Shown here: piece by piece, positions 10,085 to 23,473 of the stretch
Numbering within the stretch: the stretch's first letter is position 1
Layout of the letters: each line of letters opens with the position of its first letter
Assembly (NCBI GenBank): GCA_964016885.1
Contig: OZ024752.1
Location: forward strand, 41,602,001-41,666,000
From: Eledone cirrhosa
Taxonomy: Eukaryota
Length of the DNA: 64,000 bases
Direction: 5' to 3'
Program-made: the position numbers and the translations under genes
The notes under the pieces: model-generated
Databases searched by the model: none
Told to the model about the DNA's origin: nothing
The model's input: only the letters and a program-made list of their open reading frames with translations

Positions 10085-11190
10085 TAATTGTTTCTACTTT
10101 AGGCACAAGGCCAGCAATTACCCAGTGCATTACTGGTACTTTATTTTATTGACCCCGTAAGGATGAAAGGCAAAGTTAACCTCAGCGGGATTTGAACTCA
10201 GAATGGCAAGGGCCGTAACTCTATGCGTCAAAGCATGGCGTCCAACCCTCTACCGATACTGCCAATCCACAGAGAAATATAATTGTTTCTACTTTAGGCA
10301 CAAGGCCAGCAATTACCCAGTGCATTACTGGTACTTTATTTTATCGACCCCGTAAGGATGAAAGGCAAAGTCAACCTCGGCGGGAAAAGATAATAAATAT
10401 AATGATAATAATATAGAACTAAAGAAATATAATGATAGTAATATAGAAAAGATAATAAATAGAAAAGATAATAAATATAATGATAATAATATAGAACTAA
10501 AGAAATATAATGATAGTAATATAGAAAAGATAATAAATAGAAAAGATAATAAATATAATTGTTTCTACTTTTGGCACAAGGCCAGCAATTACCCAGTGCA
10601 TTACTGGTACTTTATTTTATTGACCCCGTAAGGATGAAAGGCAAAGTTAACCTCGGCGGGATTTGAACTCAGAATGGCAAGGGCCATAACTCTATGCATC
10701 AAAGCATGGCATCCAACCCTCTACCGATACTGCCAATTCACAATAAATATAATGATAATAATATAGAACTAAAGAAATATAATTGTTTCTACTTTAGGCA
10801 CAAGGCCAGCAATTACCCAGTGCATTAAAGAAATATAATGATAGTAATATAGAAAAGATAATAAATATAATGATAATAATATAGAACTAAAGAAATATAA
10901 TGATAGTAATATAGAAAAGATAATAAATATAATGATAATAATATAGAACTAAAGAAATATAATGATAGTAATATAGAAAAGATAATAAATATAATTGTTT
11001 CTACTTTAGGCACAAGGCCAGCAATTACCCAGTGCATTACTGGTACTTTATTTTATCGACCCCGTAAGGATGAATGGCAAAGTCAACCTATAATGATAAC
11101 AATATAGAACTAAAGAAATATGATGATAGTAATATAGTTTCTATTTTAGGCACAAGGCCAGCAATTACCCAGTACATTACTGGTACTTAT
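10085..11190 (-). mobile_element. Cluster of full and truncated Deu/Nin-like SINEs interspersed with an A/T-rich minisatellite
   Basis: At least six aattgtttctacttt(a/t)ggcacaaggcc tails, separated by aatataatgataataatatagaactaaag repeats. Confidence 0.85.
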
Positions 11191-11480
11191 ATAATAAATA
11201 TAATGATAATAATATATAAACTAACTCTTGAAAAACAATATATGGAGAGGAAAAAAAATGACCTTGAAAGTGGTAGTGGTGGTGGTGGTGGCAGTGATGG
11301 TGTTGGATATTGGTGGTGGTAATGGTGGTGGTGATGGTGGTGGTGATGGTGGTAATGGTGGTAAGGGTGGTGATGGTATTGGATATTGGTGGTAATAGCT
11401 GTCTATTTTTAAATGTTTATAATTATCTAAAAACTATATACAAGAACATCTGTTAAGTTATGTTCCAAACACCAGTTTAA

Positions 11481-11700
11481 CCCTTTAATGTTCAAACCAG
11501 CCAAAACCGGCCAGAATTCTCTACCTCTTTCTGTTGAAACTGGCTGTAACTGGTCGCTCAAACTGATGTTAAGGTATTGTTCTCAAAATAAATACTTTCA
11601 AAATCTCATAGATTCGATATTATGTGAGATAATTATGTGAGGTAAAGCCTTTACCATGAAATTATAATAGTATACATAGAGTAATGTGAATGCTAAAGGG
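11481..11700 (+). mobile_element. piggyBac-like MITE (~220 bp)
   Basis: TTAA|CCCTTTA...TGCTAAAGGG|TTAA. Confidence 0.85.
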
Positions 11701-11813
11701 TTAATAATGAGAAAGTTAGTTACTAAATACCTCCAAATTCTTCCTTATTTTCAAAATGATATGAAAATCTGAGGTAGTGACTTTCATTAGAAATATGGTA
11801 AAGTATTGGGTAA

Positions 11814-12428
11814 CCCTTTAGCATTTACACTAATCTATATTTACTATTGTATTTTCATGGTAAAGGCTTTATCTCACATAACATTTACATTACTCTATAT
11901 TTACTATTGTATTTTCATGGTAAAGGCTTTATCTCACATAATATCTCACATAACATTTACATTACTCTATATATACTATTGTATTTTCATGGTAAAGGCT
12001 TTACCTCACATAATATCTCATAACATTTACATTACTCTATATTTACTATTGTATTTTCATGGTAAAGGCTTTACCTCACACAAAATCTCACATAACATTT
12101 ACATTACTCTATATCTACTATTGTATTGTCACAGTAAAGGCTTTACCTCACATAATATCTCACATAACATTTACATTACTCTATATATACTATTGTATTT
12201 TCATGGTAAAGACTTTACCTCACATAACATTTACATTACTATATATTTACTATTGTATTTTCATGGTAAAAGCTTTATCTCACATAATATTGAATCTATG
12301 AGATTTTGATGATGCTATCTTATATTTTGAGGACATTACCTTAACATTGGTATAAGTAACTGGCTTGAACAGAAAAAGGTGAGAGAGTTCTAGTCTAGCC
12401 AGATATGACTGGTTTAAATGCTAAAGGG
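11814..12428 (-). mobile_element. piggyBac-like MITE, same family, with internal ~60-70-bp tandem expansion
   Basis: CCCTTTAGCATT...AATGCTAAAGGG|TTAA. Internal unit catttacattactctatatttactattgtattttcatggtaaaggctttatctcacataa repeated about 7 times. Confidence 0.85.
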
Positions 12429-12436
12429 TTAAGTTC

Positions 12437-12604
12437 CATATATGCCAGCATACAAGTTGATCCGGCGCATAAGTCAACCCCTAAGATTCTGAGATGTAGT
12501 TCAATGCATACTTCTACATTTTATACTCGGTGGACAAGTTGATCCCTGGTTTTGGGGAGATATTTTTAGGCTCCAAATGTCGACTTGTATGCTAGTATAT
12601 ACGG
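12437..12604. mobile_element. pogo/Tc2-like MITE
   Basis: Inverted ends atatgccagcatacaagt / acttgtatgctagtatatacgg-ta. Second copy at 45100-45279. Confidence 0.65.
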
Positions 12605-13173
12605 TAATTCAGTTTGTAACAAAACTATTTAAAAAAACAGAAGAATCACAGAATTGATTTGAATTCTAACGAAACAGCAGATTTTTTTTTGGGGGGGGGG
12701 GGGGGGGGGGGCAATTTGAAAATTCTAATTTCAAAGATATTTTCTATTCTTGGAATCAATGAAAATCTCTGTAAATCAAACTTCCTACATAATTGGAATT
12801 CTAAAGTGAGGTGAAGGGGAAAAATAATAATAATAAATTGATCTGTTATTGATTGAGAATATGGAAGCTAAATTACCATATTAGTAGTATATATATATAT
12901 CAAGAATATTTCACTCTTATTGCATTATGGGGGTGGGTGGAGACAGAGATTGCATATTTTCACATTTTCACATAATATTTTAAAAACTATATAAAAAAGA
13001 CAAACAATATAAAATTCAAATCATCATCATCATTTTACGTCCACCTCTCCCTGCTTGCAAGGGTTGATATAATATATATAATATAGAAATAGTTTCTACA
13101 TTAAATATTTATACTCTGCTATGTATTGAGTACCTTACTTACTGTGGTTACCCCTGATTGAACCCGGGATAAA

Positions 13174-13211
<38 letters not shown>

Positions 13212-13214
<3 letters not shown>

Positions 13215-13547
13215 TCATTTCATTTTTACGTCCGCTTTTTCCCTGCTTGCAAGGGTGGGACGGGAACTGATTCTGGCTTGATTTCTACAGCTGGATGCCC
13301 TTCCTAACACCAACCTCATTTACAGTGAGTGCTGGGTGCTTTTTTGCCGTGGCACCTGCATGACCATTTTGCAGTGGAATGATAGAGACCCCAGTCCCTA
13401 TCATCTCATTTCTACAGCTGAGTAAACTGGAGCAATGTGAAATAAAGTGTCTTGCTCAAGGAAACAACACATCACCTGGTCTGAGAATTGAACTCACAAC
13501 CTTTCGATTGCAAGGCCAATGCTCTAACCACTAAGCCATGTGCCTTC
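13212..13547 (-). mobile_element. CORE-type SINE with RTE tail
   Basis: Reverse-complement copy of 1029-1365. Confidence 0.9.
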
Positions 13548-13560
13548 ATATATATATATA

Positions 13561-13755
13561 AATCCCAGTGGAAGGAAGACGCAGTCGAGGAAGACCACGA
13601 AAAACATGAGCGGAGGTGGTGAGAGCAGACCTCAGATCACTGAAGCTCACGGAGATGACAAAGGACCGCGACGAATGGAGAGATGTTGTGCTTAATAGGA
13701 CCCATCCCACCCTTGGCAGCAGGGAAAAGCGGACGTAAAATGATGATGATAATGA

Positions 13756-13760
<5 letters not shown>
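13561..13760 (+). mobile_element. 3' fragment of a second RTE family
   Basis: Degenerate PVEGRR.RGRPRKT coding followed by a cagggaaaagcggacgtaaaa(tga)n tail. Confidence 0.8.
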
Positions 13761-13793
<33 letters not shown>

Positions 13794-13798
<5 letters not shown>

Positions 13799-14010
13799 AA
13801 CGAGTAGGACCCCGACGGCTGAGCTCAAGCCGTTTCAACGGCTAATTCTGGACTAAAAATAAACTATTTTTAGTCCAGAATTAGCCGTTGAAACGGCTTG
13901 AGCTCAGCTGTCGGGGTCCTACTCGTTCCTATTACCCACTCTACTACCCTAAGTATTGAGTACTTTGGTGCATTATGGTCCACCTGGTTCCTTACCACAT
14001 TTCCTTCGTT
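13794..14010 (+). mobile_element. Short Penelope-like terminal element with 68-bp-arm inverted repeat
   Basis: Arms 13794-13861 / 13865-13932. Family members at 35863-35955, 55720-55880 and 60731-60840. Confidence 0.6.
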
Positions 14011-14724
14011 ATACATATATATATACACATATATATATAAACGAACATGTCTGTCTGTATGTAGTCAATGCATTTTCAGTTTCCATCCAATGTTGTCCAA
14101 ATTTAATACATAAGTTATTTAGCTTCCAGAACATGTCAACATATAGTTTAAATCTTGCTCTTCTCTAAAATAGCAGAGTTCTGGGGCTATTTAATGACGG
14201 CCATGTTGATGAGTGAAGGGGGTCTTTATTTACAGTGGCAAAATGTGTGCCTGGCAACAACGGGCTCTTTTGTTAGTATTTCAATAAATATGCGTATTTT
14301 AGGGGCTAGAATTAAGCAAGTGAAACATAATATATTTGTTCCCTAAGGTTTATTATTTTTATTATTATTCACCATGACAACATAAACTGACAAGACAAAC
14401 AAGATGGAGGATAAGAATTTGAAAAAAATTGAACAAAGAAACCACCAAACCAACAAACAAAATATTAGGATGGAAGACATTATCTCATATATTTGAAGTG
14501 GTTGATTGCACTTGTATAGATGGGTAGGGCATGGTAGGAGAGGGGAGGGTTTAGGCAGAAAATTGGATGATTCAGTAGAGGAGGGATTAATCAGAGCTTA
14601 AAAATGTTGGTCTTCTCTTCACAGAGGATAGAAGATGACACAAGATTTAGGCAAGGAGGTTGTGAGGTGGGGATGGATTTGGAACGCATACAAAAATATT
14701 TGGTAAACCATCCATCATAATATC

Positions 14725-14986
14725 CACACACACACACCCCTTCCATCACCACACACACACCCCTTCCATCACCACACTGTCACACCCCTTCCATCACCAC
14801 ACTGTCACACCCCTTCCATCACCACACACACACACCCCTTCCATCACCACACACACCCCCCTTACATCACCACACTGTCACACCCCTTCCATCACCACAC
14901 TGTCACACCCCTTCCATCACCACACTGTCACACCCCTTCCATCACCACACTGTCACACCCCTTCCATCACCACACTGTCACACCCC
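14725..14986. repeat. ~25-bp minisatellite (acaccccttccatcaccacactgtc)n
   Basis: Direct reading. Confidence 0.9.
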
Positions 14987-15084
14987 TGCTGATAAACCCA
15001 CTGCCACCCCATTATAACCAACTTCCTCCTCCATCTTCAGCACCTGTTACCTAGCGATGACAATGAATTCTGGAGATCAGGGTT

Positions 15085-15805
15085 ATCTATGGTATGTATG
15101 ATGGTATGTATGGTATGGTATGTGATATGTTTAGTATGGTATGGTATGTTATCTGTAATATGTCAGGTATGGTATGGTATGTGATATGTTTAGTATGGTA
15201 TGGTATGTGATATGTTTAGTATGGTATGGTATGTGATATGTTTAGTATGGTATGGTATGTGATATGTTTAGTATGGTATGGTATGTGATATGTTTAGTAT
15301 GGTATGTGATATGTTTAGTATGGTATGGTATGTGATATGTTTAGTATGGTATGGTATGTTATCTGTAATATGTCAGGTATGGCATGGTATGTTATATGTT
15401 TAGTATGGTATGTATGATGGTATGTCTGGTATGTTATCTGTGGTATGACTGGTATGATATCTATGGTATGTATGATGGTATGGTATCTGTGGTATGTATG
15501 GTCTGATATCTATGGTATGTCTGGTATGTTATCTGTGGTATGTCTGGTCTGATATCTATGGTATGTATGATGGTATGTTATCTGTGGTATGTCTGGTATG
15601 ATATCTGTGGTATGGTATCTGCGATATTTCTGGTATGGTATCTGTGGTATATCTAATATGGTATGTGATATGTCTGATATGATATCTGTGGTATGGTATC
15701 TGCGATATTTCTGGTATGGTATCTGTGGTATATCTAATATGGTATGTGATATGTCTGATATGATATCTGTGGTATGGTATCTGTGATATGTCTGGTATGG
15801 TATGT
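15085..15805. repeat. GTATG/TATCT-based minisatellite
   Basis: Direct reading. Confidence 0.9.
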
Positions 15806-15814
15806 ATAGTATAT

Positions 15815-18240
15815 TGTTGTGGTAGTGGTAATGTTGATCGTAGTGCCAGTGATGGTGGTGGTGGAGATGGTGGTATTGGTGGTAGTGGTGATATTGATTG
15901 TGGTGGTGGTGGAGATGGTAGTATTGGTGGTAGTGGTGATATTGACTGTGGTGGTGGTGGTGGAGATGGTAGTATTGGTGGTAGTGGTGATATTGATTGT
16001 GGTGGTGGTGGTAGTGGTGGTGGTGGAGATGGTAGTATTGGTGGTAGTGGTGATATTGATTGTGGTGGTAGTGGTGGTGGTGGAGATGGTAGTATTGGTG
16101 GTAGTGGTGATATTGACTGTGGTGGTAGTGGTGGTGGTGGAGATGGTAGTATTGGTGGTAGTGGTGATATTGACTGTGGTGGTAGTGGTGGTGGTGGAGA
16201 TGGTAGTATTGGTGGTAGTGGTGATATTGACTGTGGTGGTAGTGGTGGTGGTGGAGATGGTAGTATTGGTGGTAGTGGTGATATTGACTGTGGTGGTAGT
16301 GGTGGTGGTGGTGGTGGTAGTGATGGAATTTGTGGATGCGCTACAACAAATTGTGATAGTGGGGAGGGTGGAGGGGTCAATGGTAGTAATGGTCCTTTCC
16401 TTTTATCCCTGCCACCACCACCACTACCACCACCACCACTACCATCATTATTATTACAAGTTGTTCAAACAAGGAGACAGAAATAAAAAGAAAGACCATG
16501 AAACAGCCTGGCACCACAAGAGGGAGAGGAGTGGAATGTGTGTCTTCTTCTGTCTACTGTTACTGTTGTTGTGGTGGTGGTAGTGGGGGTGTTGTGGTGG
16601 TGGTGGTGGTAGTGTTGTTGTGGTGGTGGTGGCGGTGTTGTGGTGGCGGTGGTGGTGGTGTGGTGGTGGTGGTGGTGTCACTGTTGTGGTGGTGGTGGTG
16701 GTGGTGGTGGTGGTGTTACTGTTGTGGTGGTGGTGGTGGTGGTGGTGGTGGTGGTGGTGGTGTTACTGTTGTGGTGGTGGTGGTGGTGGTGTTGTGGTGG
16801 CGGTGGTGGTGGTGTTGTGGTGGTGGTGTTGTGGTGGCGGTGGTGGTGGTGTGGTGGTGGTGGTGGTGTCACTGTTGTGGTGGTGGTGGTGGTGGTGGTG
16901 GTGGTGGTGTTACTGTTGTGGTGGTGGTGGTGGTGTTACTGTTGTGGTGGTGGTGGTGGTGGTGTTGTGGCGGTGGTGGTGGTGGTGGTGTGGTAGTGTT
17001 GGTGGTGGTGGTGGTGGTGGGGTAGTGTTGGTGGTGGTGGTGGTGGTGGTGGTGTCACTGTTGTGGTGGTGGTATTGATGGTGTTACTGTTGTTGTTGTT
17101 GTGGTGGTGGTGTCACTGTTGTTGTGGTGGTGGTGGTGGTGTCACTGTTGTTGTTGTGGTGGTGGTGGTGGTGGTGTCACTGTTGTGGTGGTGGAATTGA
17201 TGGTGTTACTGTTGTTGTTGTTGTGGTGGTGGTGCCACTGTTGTTGTGGTGGTGGTGGTGGTGGTGGTGGTGGTGTCACTGTTGTGGTGGTGGTATTGAT
17301 GGTGTTACTGTTGTTGTTGTTGTGGTGGTGGTGTCACTGTTGTTGTGGTGGTGGTGGTGGTGTCACTGTTGTTGTTGTGGTGGTGGTGGTGGTGGTGGTG
17401 GTGTCACTGTTGTGGTGGTGGTATTGATGGTGTTACTGTTGTTGTTGTTGTGGTGGTGGTGTCACTGTTGTTGTGGTGGTGGTGGTGGTGTCACTGTTGT
17501 TGTTGTGGTGGTGGTGGTGGTGGTGGTGTCACTGTTGTGGTGGTGGTATTGATGGTGTTACTGTTGTTGTTGTTGTGGTGGTGGTGTCACTGTTGTTGTG
17601 GTGGTGGTGGTGGTGTCACTGTTGTTGTTGTGGTGGTGGTGGTGGTGGTGGTGTCACTGTTGTGGTGGTGGTATTGATGGTGTTACTGTTGTTGTTGTTG
17701 TGGTGGTGGTGTCACTGTTGTTGTGGTGGTGGTGGTGGTGTCACTGTTGTTGTTGTGGTGGTGGTGGTGGTGGTGGTGTCACTGTTGTGGTGGTGGTATT
17801 GATGGTGTTACTGTTGTTGTTGTTGTGGTGGTGGTGTCACTGTTGTTGTGGTGGTGGTGGTGGTGGTGTCACTGTTGTTGTTGTGGTGGTGGTGGTGGTG
17901 GTGGTGGTGGTGTCACTGTTGTGGTGGTGGTATTGATGGTGTTACTGTTGTTGTTGTTGTGGTGGTGGTGTCACTGTTGTGGTGGTGGTGGTGGTGTCAC
18001 TGTTGTGGTGGTGGAATTGATGGTGTCACTGTTGTGTCACTGTTGTGGTGGTGGTGGTGGTGTCACTGTTGTGGTGGTGGTATTGATGGCGTTACTGTTG
18101 TTGTTGTTGTGGTGGTGGTGTCACTGTTGTGGTGGTGGTGGTGGTGGTGTCACTGTTGTGTCACTGTTGTGGTGGTGGTGGTGGTGTCACTGTTGTGTCA
18201 CTGTTGTGGTGGTGGTGGTGGTGTCACTGTTGTTGTTGTC
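15815..18240. repeat. GGT-based minisatellites (15815-16325; 16560-18240 with ~125-bp higher-order unit)
   Basis: Direct reading; ORFs are repeat artefacts. Confidence 0.9.
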
Positions 18241-18407
18241 TCCCCATGTGAGCCAGAACAAAAGGCTGTGAAACCATTAAGAACATTCTAGAGTCTCTTT
18301 GATCCATCAGACCTCCTGTAAAGGGAGCAATAACTGGGAGGGGCTGTTGCTTATGGCAACTCCAGAATGACATTGTTAGGGTCAGATATTTAACTGGTTC
18401 ATTGATT

Positions 18408-19415
18408 GGTTAGTTTAGTGGATGGTTAGTTTGGTGGATGGTTAGTTTGGTGGGTGGTTAGTTTGGTGGGTGGTTAGTTTGGTGGGTGGTTAGTTTGGTG
18501 GGTGGTTAGTTTGGTGGATGGTTAGTTTGGTGGGTGGTTAGTTTGGTGGATGGTTAGTTTGGTGGATGGTTAGTTTAGTGGGTGGTTAGTTTGGTGGATG
18601 GTTAGTTTGGTGGATGGTTAGTTTGGTGGATGGTTAGTTTGGTGGGTGGTTAGTTTGGTGGGTGGTTAGTTTGGTGGGTGGTTAGTTTGGTGGATGGTTA
18701 GTTTGGTGGGTGGTTAGTTTGGTGGATGGTTAGTTTGGTGGGTGGTTAGTTTGGTGGATGGTTAGTTTGGTGGGTGGTTAGTTTGGTGGATGGTTAGTTT
18801 GGTGGGTGGTTAGTTTGGTGGATGGTTAGTTTGGTGGATGGTTAGTTTGGTGGGTGGTTAGTTTGGTGGGTGGTTAGTTTGGTGGGTGGTTAGTTTGGTG
18901 GGTGGTTAGTTTGGTGGGTGGTTAGTTTGGTGGGTGGTTAGTTTGGTGGATGGTTAGTTTGGTGGATGGTTAGTTTGGTGGGTGGTTAGTTTGGTGGATG
19001 GTTAGTTTGGTGGGTGGTTAGTTTGGTGGGTGGTTAGTTTGGTGGGTGGTTAGTTTGGTGGGTGGTTAGTTTGGTGGGTGGTTAGTTTGGTGGGTGGTTA
19101 GTTTGGTGGATGGTTAGTTTGGTGGGTGGTTAGTTTGGTGGGTGGTTAGTTTGGTGGGTGGTTAGTTTGGTGGGTGGTTAGTTTGGTGGGTGGTTAGTTT
19201 GGTGGGTGGTTAGTTTGGTGGATGGTTAGTTTCGTAGGTGGTTAGTTTGATGGGTGATTGGTTTGGTGGGTGGTTAGTTTGGTTGGTTGGTTGAGTGGTA
19301 GGTTGGTTGAGTGGTAGAGTGGTTGGTTGGTTGAGTGGTAAGGTGGTTGGTTGGATGAGTGGTGGGCTGGCTGGTTAGGTTGGATGGTTATGTGGTTGGT
19401 TGGTTGGTTGGATGG
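18408..19415. repeat. 16-bp G-rich minisatellite (gttagtttggtggRtg)n
   Basis: About 50 near-perfect units, decaying into (ggtt)n. Confidence 0.95.
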
Positions 19416-19919
19416 AGAAGCAAAGAGAATTCCAGCCATCTTGCTTGTCTAATGTTGGTTTGAGACAAAGAAACAACAATCACACCAACTGCTTTTAACA
19501 TCACTTTCCCCTCTCATCCACCCAGTAACTTTCATCCTTCCTCAACAACAACAACAACTACAGCAATAACTACAACAATAATTTTAAGGTCAAATTTCCC
19601 TTCCCCTCTCACCCACCCAGTCCCTTTCATCCTTCCTCACAACAACAGCAAGACCAACAACAACAAGAATTTTAAGGCCAATTTCCCTCTCCCCTCTCAC
19701 CCAGTTACTTTGATCCTTCCCTAAAAGAGGAAATTCCAATAGATTTTTACTGGAGACTGGGGATTGCCAGGATTAAAAGACTGTGCAAAAAGGCAGCCAT
19801 ACATACATACATTTGTGACGCATTCTCCTCTTACTCATGTAATTATGAGTGTAGGTATATGTATAGATAAATATTTATATAGCTTGATAGATAAATAGAT
19901 GTGTGTATGTGTGTGTGTA

Positions 19920-20185
19920 TCATCATCATCATCGTTTAACGTCCATCTTCCACGCTTGCATGGGTTTGGACGGGAGTGGTTGTCTTGCTCGCATAGGACT
20001 GTCTGGCGGGTTTTCTACGGCTGGAAGCCCTTCCTAACACCAACCACGTTTACAGTGTGGACTGGGATGTTTTTACCGTGTTACCTACACGGCCACATTA
20101 CAGCGTGGACTGTGTGTTTTTTTGTCGTGACACCTACACAACCTCATTTGTTTCGGACTGGATGTTGTGGTACCAACATAACTTT
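19920..20185 (-). mobile_element. 3' UTR-only copy of the RTE family at 1626-4410
   Basis: Reverse complement matches 4110-4400, including the (GAT)n tail. Confidence 0.85.
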
Positions 20186-20223
20186 ATATATATATATACA
20201 CACACACACACACATATACAAAA

Positions 20224-20625
20224 ATAATTGTTTCTACTTTTGGCACAAGGTCAGCAATTATCCCAGTGCATTACTGGTACTTTATTTTATCGACCCCGTA
20301 AGGATGAAAGACAAAGTCAACCTCGGCGGGATTTGAACTCAGATCGTAAAGGGACGTAACTATGCTGGAAAGCATGGCGTCCGACTCTCTACCGATACTG
20401 CCAATCCACCGCCCCACACATATACAAAAATAATATAAAATAATTGTTTCTACTTTTGGCACAAGGCTAGCAATTATCCCAGTGTATTACTGGTACTTTA
20501 TTTTATTGACCCTGTAAGGATGAAAGGCAAAGTTAACCTCGGCGGGATTTGAACTGAGACTGTAAAAAGCCATAACTCTATGCTGCAAAGCATGGTGTCC
20601 GACACTCTAGCGATACTGTCAGTCC
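20224..20625 (-). mobile_element. Two Deu/Nin-like SINEs
   Basis: First copy 20224-20414 is flanked by TSD cacacatatacaaaaataat. Confidence 0.85.
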
Positions 20626-20640
20626 AGTGTGTGTGTGTGT

Positions 20641-20900
20641 GAAGGCACATGGCTGAGTGGTTAGAGAATTGGATTCGCAATCGTGAGGTTGTGATTTCGA
20701 TTGCCGGACCAAGCGATGTGTTATGTCCTTGAGCAAGACACTTTATTTCACGTTGCTCCTTCTACCTGGATTTGCGACTGACAGATAGTATTAGCAATTG
20801 GAAGGACCAATGGAAACATTGTTTCCTCGGTCCGATTTGACGAGCTCCGCTCCACTCCACTCGTTAAGCGAATGAGGTCTGGAATGTTGTCTATCAACTG

Positions 20901-20905
<5 letters not shown>
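20641..20905 (+). mobile_element. CORE-type SINE with a different (non-RTE) tail
   Basis: tRNA-like head + ccttgagcaagacactttatttcacgttgctcc + distinct tail. Second copy at 36460-36678 (minus). Confidence 0.75.
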
Positions 20906-20969
<64 letters not shown>

Positions 20970-20971
<2 letters not shown>

Positions 20972-21270
20972 ACGCATATGGTTTAGTGGCCTTGCAAGAC
21001 ACTTTAGTGGCCTGAGCAAGACACTTTGTTTCACATTGCTCTAGTTTACTCAGCTGTAGAAATGAGATGATAGGGACTGGGGTCCCTATCATTCCACTGT
21101 AAAGTGGTCGTGGAGGTGCCACGGAAAAAAAAGCACCCAGCACTCACTGTAACTGAGGTTGGTGTTAGGAAGGGCATCCAGCTGTAGAAATCAAGCCAGA
21201 ATCAGTTCCCGTCCCACCCTTGCAAGCAGGGAAAAGTGGACATAAATTGATGATGATGATGATGATGATG
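20970..21270 (+). mobile_element. CORE-type SINE with RTE tail (internally deleted head)
   Basis: Homologous to 1029-1365. Confidence 0.85.
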
Positions 21271-21312
<42 letters not shown>

Positions 21313-21314
21313 CT

Positions 21315-22435
21315 AAGCTGCAACAACATGAGAGGACTGGGACCCCTATCATGAAAACACCCAATAAACCTCCTATTAGATACAACCTTATAAGAAGCTT
21401 GCTAAACCTATATAGGTAAGAGCTGCAACAACATGACAAAACTGGGGCTCCTATAATAAAAACACAAGAGAACCTTGTAAGAGGTTAGCTAACCCTATAT
21501 AGATGAGAGCTGTCTGTAACAACAACAGGACAGAACTGGGGCTCCTATAATAAAACACAAGAGAACCTTGTAAGAGGTTAGCTAACCCTATATAGATGAG
21601 AGCTCTAACAACAACATGACAAAACTGGGGCTCCTATAATAAAACACAAGAGAACCTTGTAAGAGGTTAGCTAACCCTATATAGATGAGAGCTCTAACAA
21701 CAACATGACAAAACTGGGGCTCCTATAATAAAAACACAAGAGAACCTTGTAAGAGGTTAGCTAACCCTATATAGATGAGAGCTCTAACAACAACATGACA
21801 AAACTGGGGCTCCTATAATAAAAACACAAGAGAACCTTGTAAGAGGTTAGCTAACCCTATATAGATGAGAGCTCTAACAACAACATGACAAAACTGGGGC
21901 TCCTATAATAAAAACACAAGAGAACCTTGTAAGAGGTTAGCTAACCCTATATAGATGAGAGCTCTAACAACAACATGACAAAACTGGGGCTCCTATAATA
22001 AAAACACAAGAGAACCTTGTAAGAGGTTAGCTAACCCTATATAGATGAGAGCTGTCTGTAACAACAACAGGACAGAACTGGGGCTCCTATAATAAAAACA
22101 CAAGAGAACCTTGTAAGAGGTTAGCTAACCCTATATAAATGAGAGCTGTCTGTAACAACAACAGGACAGCACTGGGGCTCCTATAATAAAAAGACAAGAG
22201 AACCTTGTAAGAGGTTAGCTAACCCTATATAGATGAGAGCTGTCTGTAACAACATGACAGAACTGGGGCTCCTATAATAAAACACAAGAGAACCTTGTAA
22301 GAGGTTAGCTAACCCTATATAGATGAGAGCTCTAACAACAACATGACAGAGCTGAAACTCCTATAATAAAAACATAAAAACAGAGAAACAGAGAAACAGA
22401 GAAACAGAGATACAACCTTACAAGAGGTTAGCTAA
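21315..22435. repeat. ~90-bp minisatellite
   Basis: tcctataata recurs at 21721, 21811, 21901 and 21991. Confidence 0.95.
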
Positions 22436-22664
22436 TTGAGGTGTTAATTTTTTTAAAATCCTATTTCTTGTTGTTAAATGTCTTTACTGTCTTCTAATGG
22501 AACAGATTACATCAGAACATGAGCAGGAAACTAAATGACTGATCAATGAAAAAGTAGGTAAACCAAAACATGTCATCGATTGATTATTTCTCTGAGATAT
22601 ATTGGTGTCAGACAGAAGGAAGGAAGGAAATGTCTTGAATGATGTTTACTGATTGAACAACAAT

Positions 22665-23165
22665 AGCAGCAGCAGCCGTAGTAGTAGTGGTGGTGGTGGT
22701 AGTAGTAGTAGGTAGTAGTAGTAGTAGTAGTGGTGGAGGTGGTGGAGGAGGTGGTGGTAGTAATAGTAGTAGCAGTAGTGGTGGTGGTGGTGGTGATAGT
22801 AGTAGTTGTAGTAGTGGTGGTGGTGGTGGTGGTGGTGGTGGTGGTGGTAGTTGTGGTAGCGGCGGCGGTGGCAGTAGTAGTAGTAGTGGTGGTGGTGGTG
22901 GTGGTGGTGGTAGTGGTGGTGGTGGTGGTGGTGGTGGTAGTAGTAGTAGTAGTGGTGGTAGTGGTGATAGTAGTAGTTGTAGTAGTAGTGGTGGTGGTGG
23001 TGGTGGTAGTGGTAGTGGTGGTGGCGGCGGTGACAGTAGTAGTAGTGGTGGTGGTGGTGGTGATGGTGGTAGTAGTAGTGGTGGTAGTGGTAGTAGCGGT
23101 AGTAGTAGCAGTAGTAGTAGTAGTACCACCACCATCACCACCACCACTACCACCACCACAAACAA
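22665..23165. repeat. (GGT)/(AGT) microsatellite
   Basis: Direct reading. Confidence 0.9.
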
Positions 23166-23473
23166 CAAGATAAGCAGTAGTATCTCACATATTCTAATAG
23201 CTGACTTAACTGTTTTAAAAATATATCACAATTGATTTCATGTTTTCTCCTCTTTTATATAATTAACCCCTTCATTACTATATTTCTAATGAAAGACATG
23301 GCCTTCATTACTATATTTCTAATGAGAGACATGACCTAGGATTTTCAAGTAATTTTGAAAATAATCATAAATTTAGAGTTATTTAATTAATAAAACTAAT
23401 TTTCTTGTTACTAACCCTATTGTGACAATGAAAAATTACATTTGGAAGAAAACACATGACATTGAGTGTTTAA

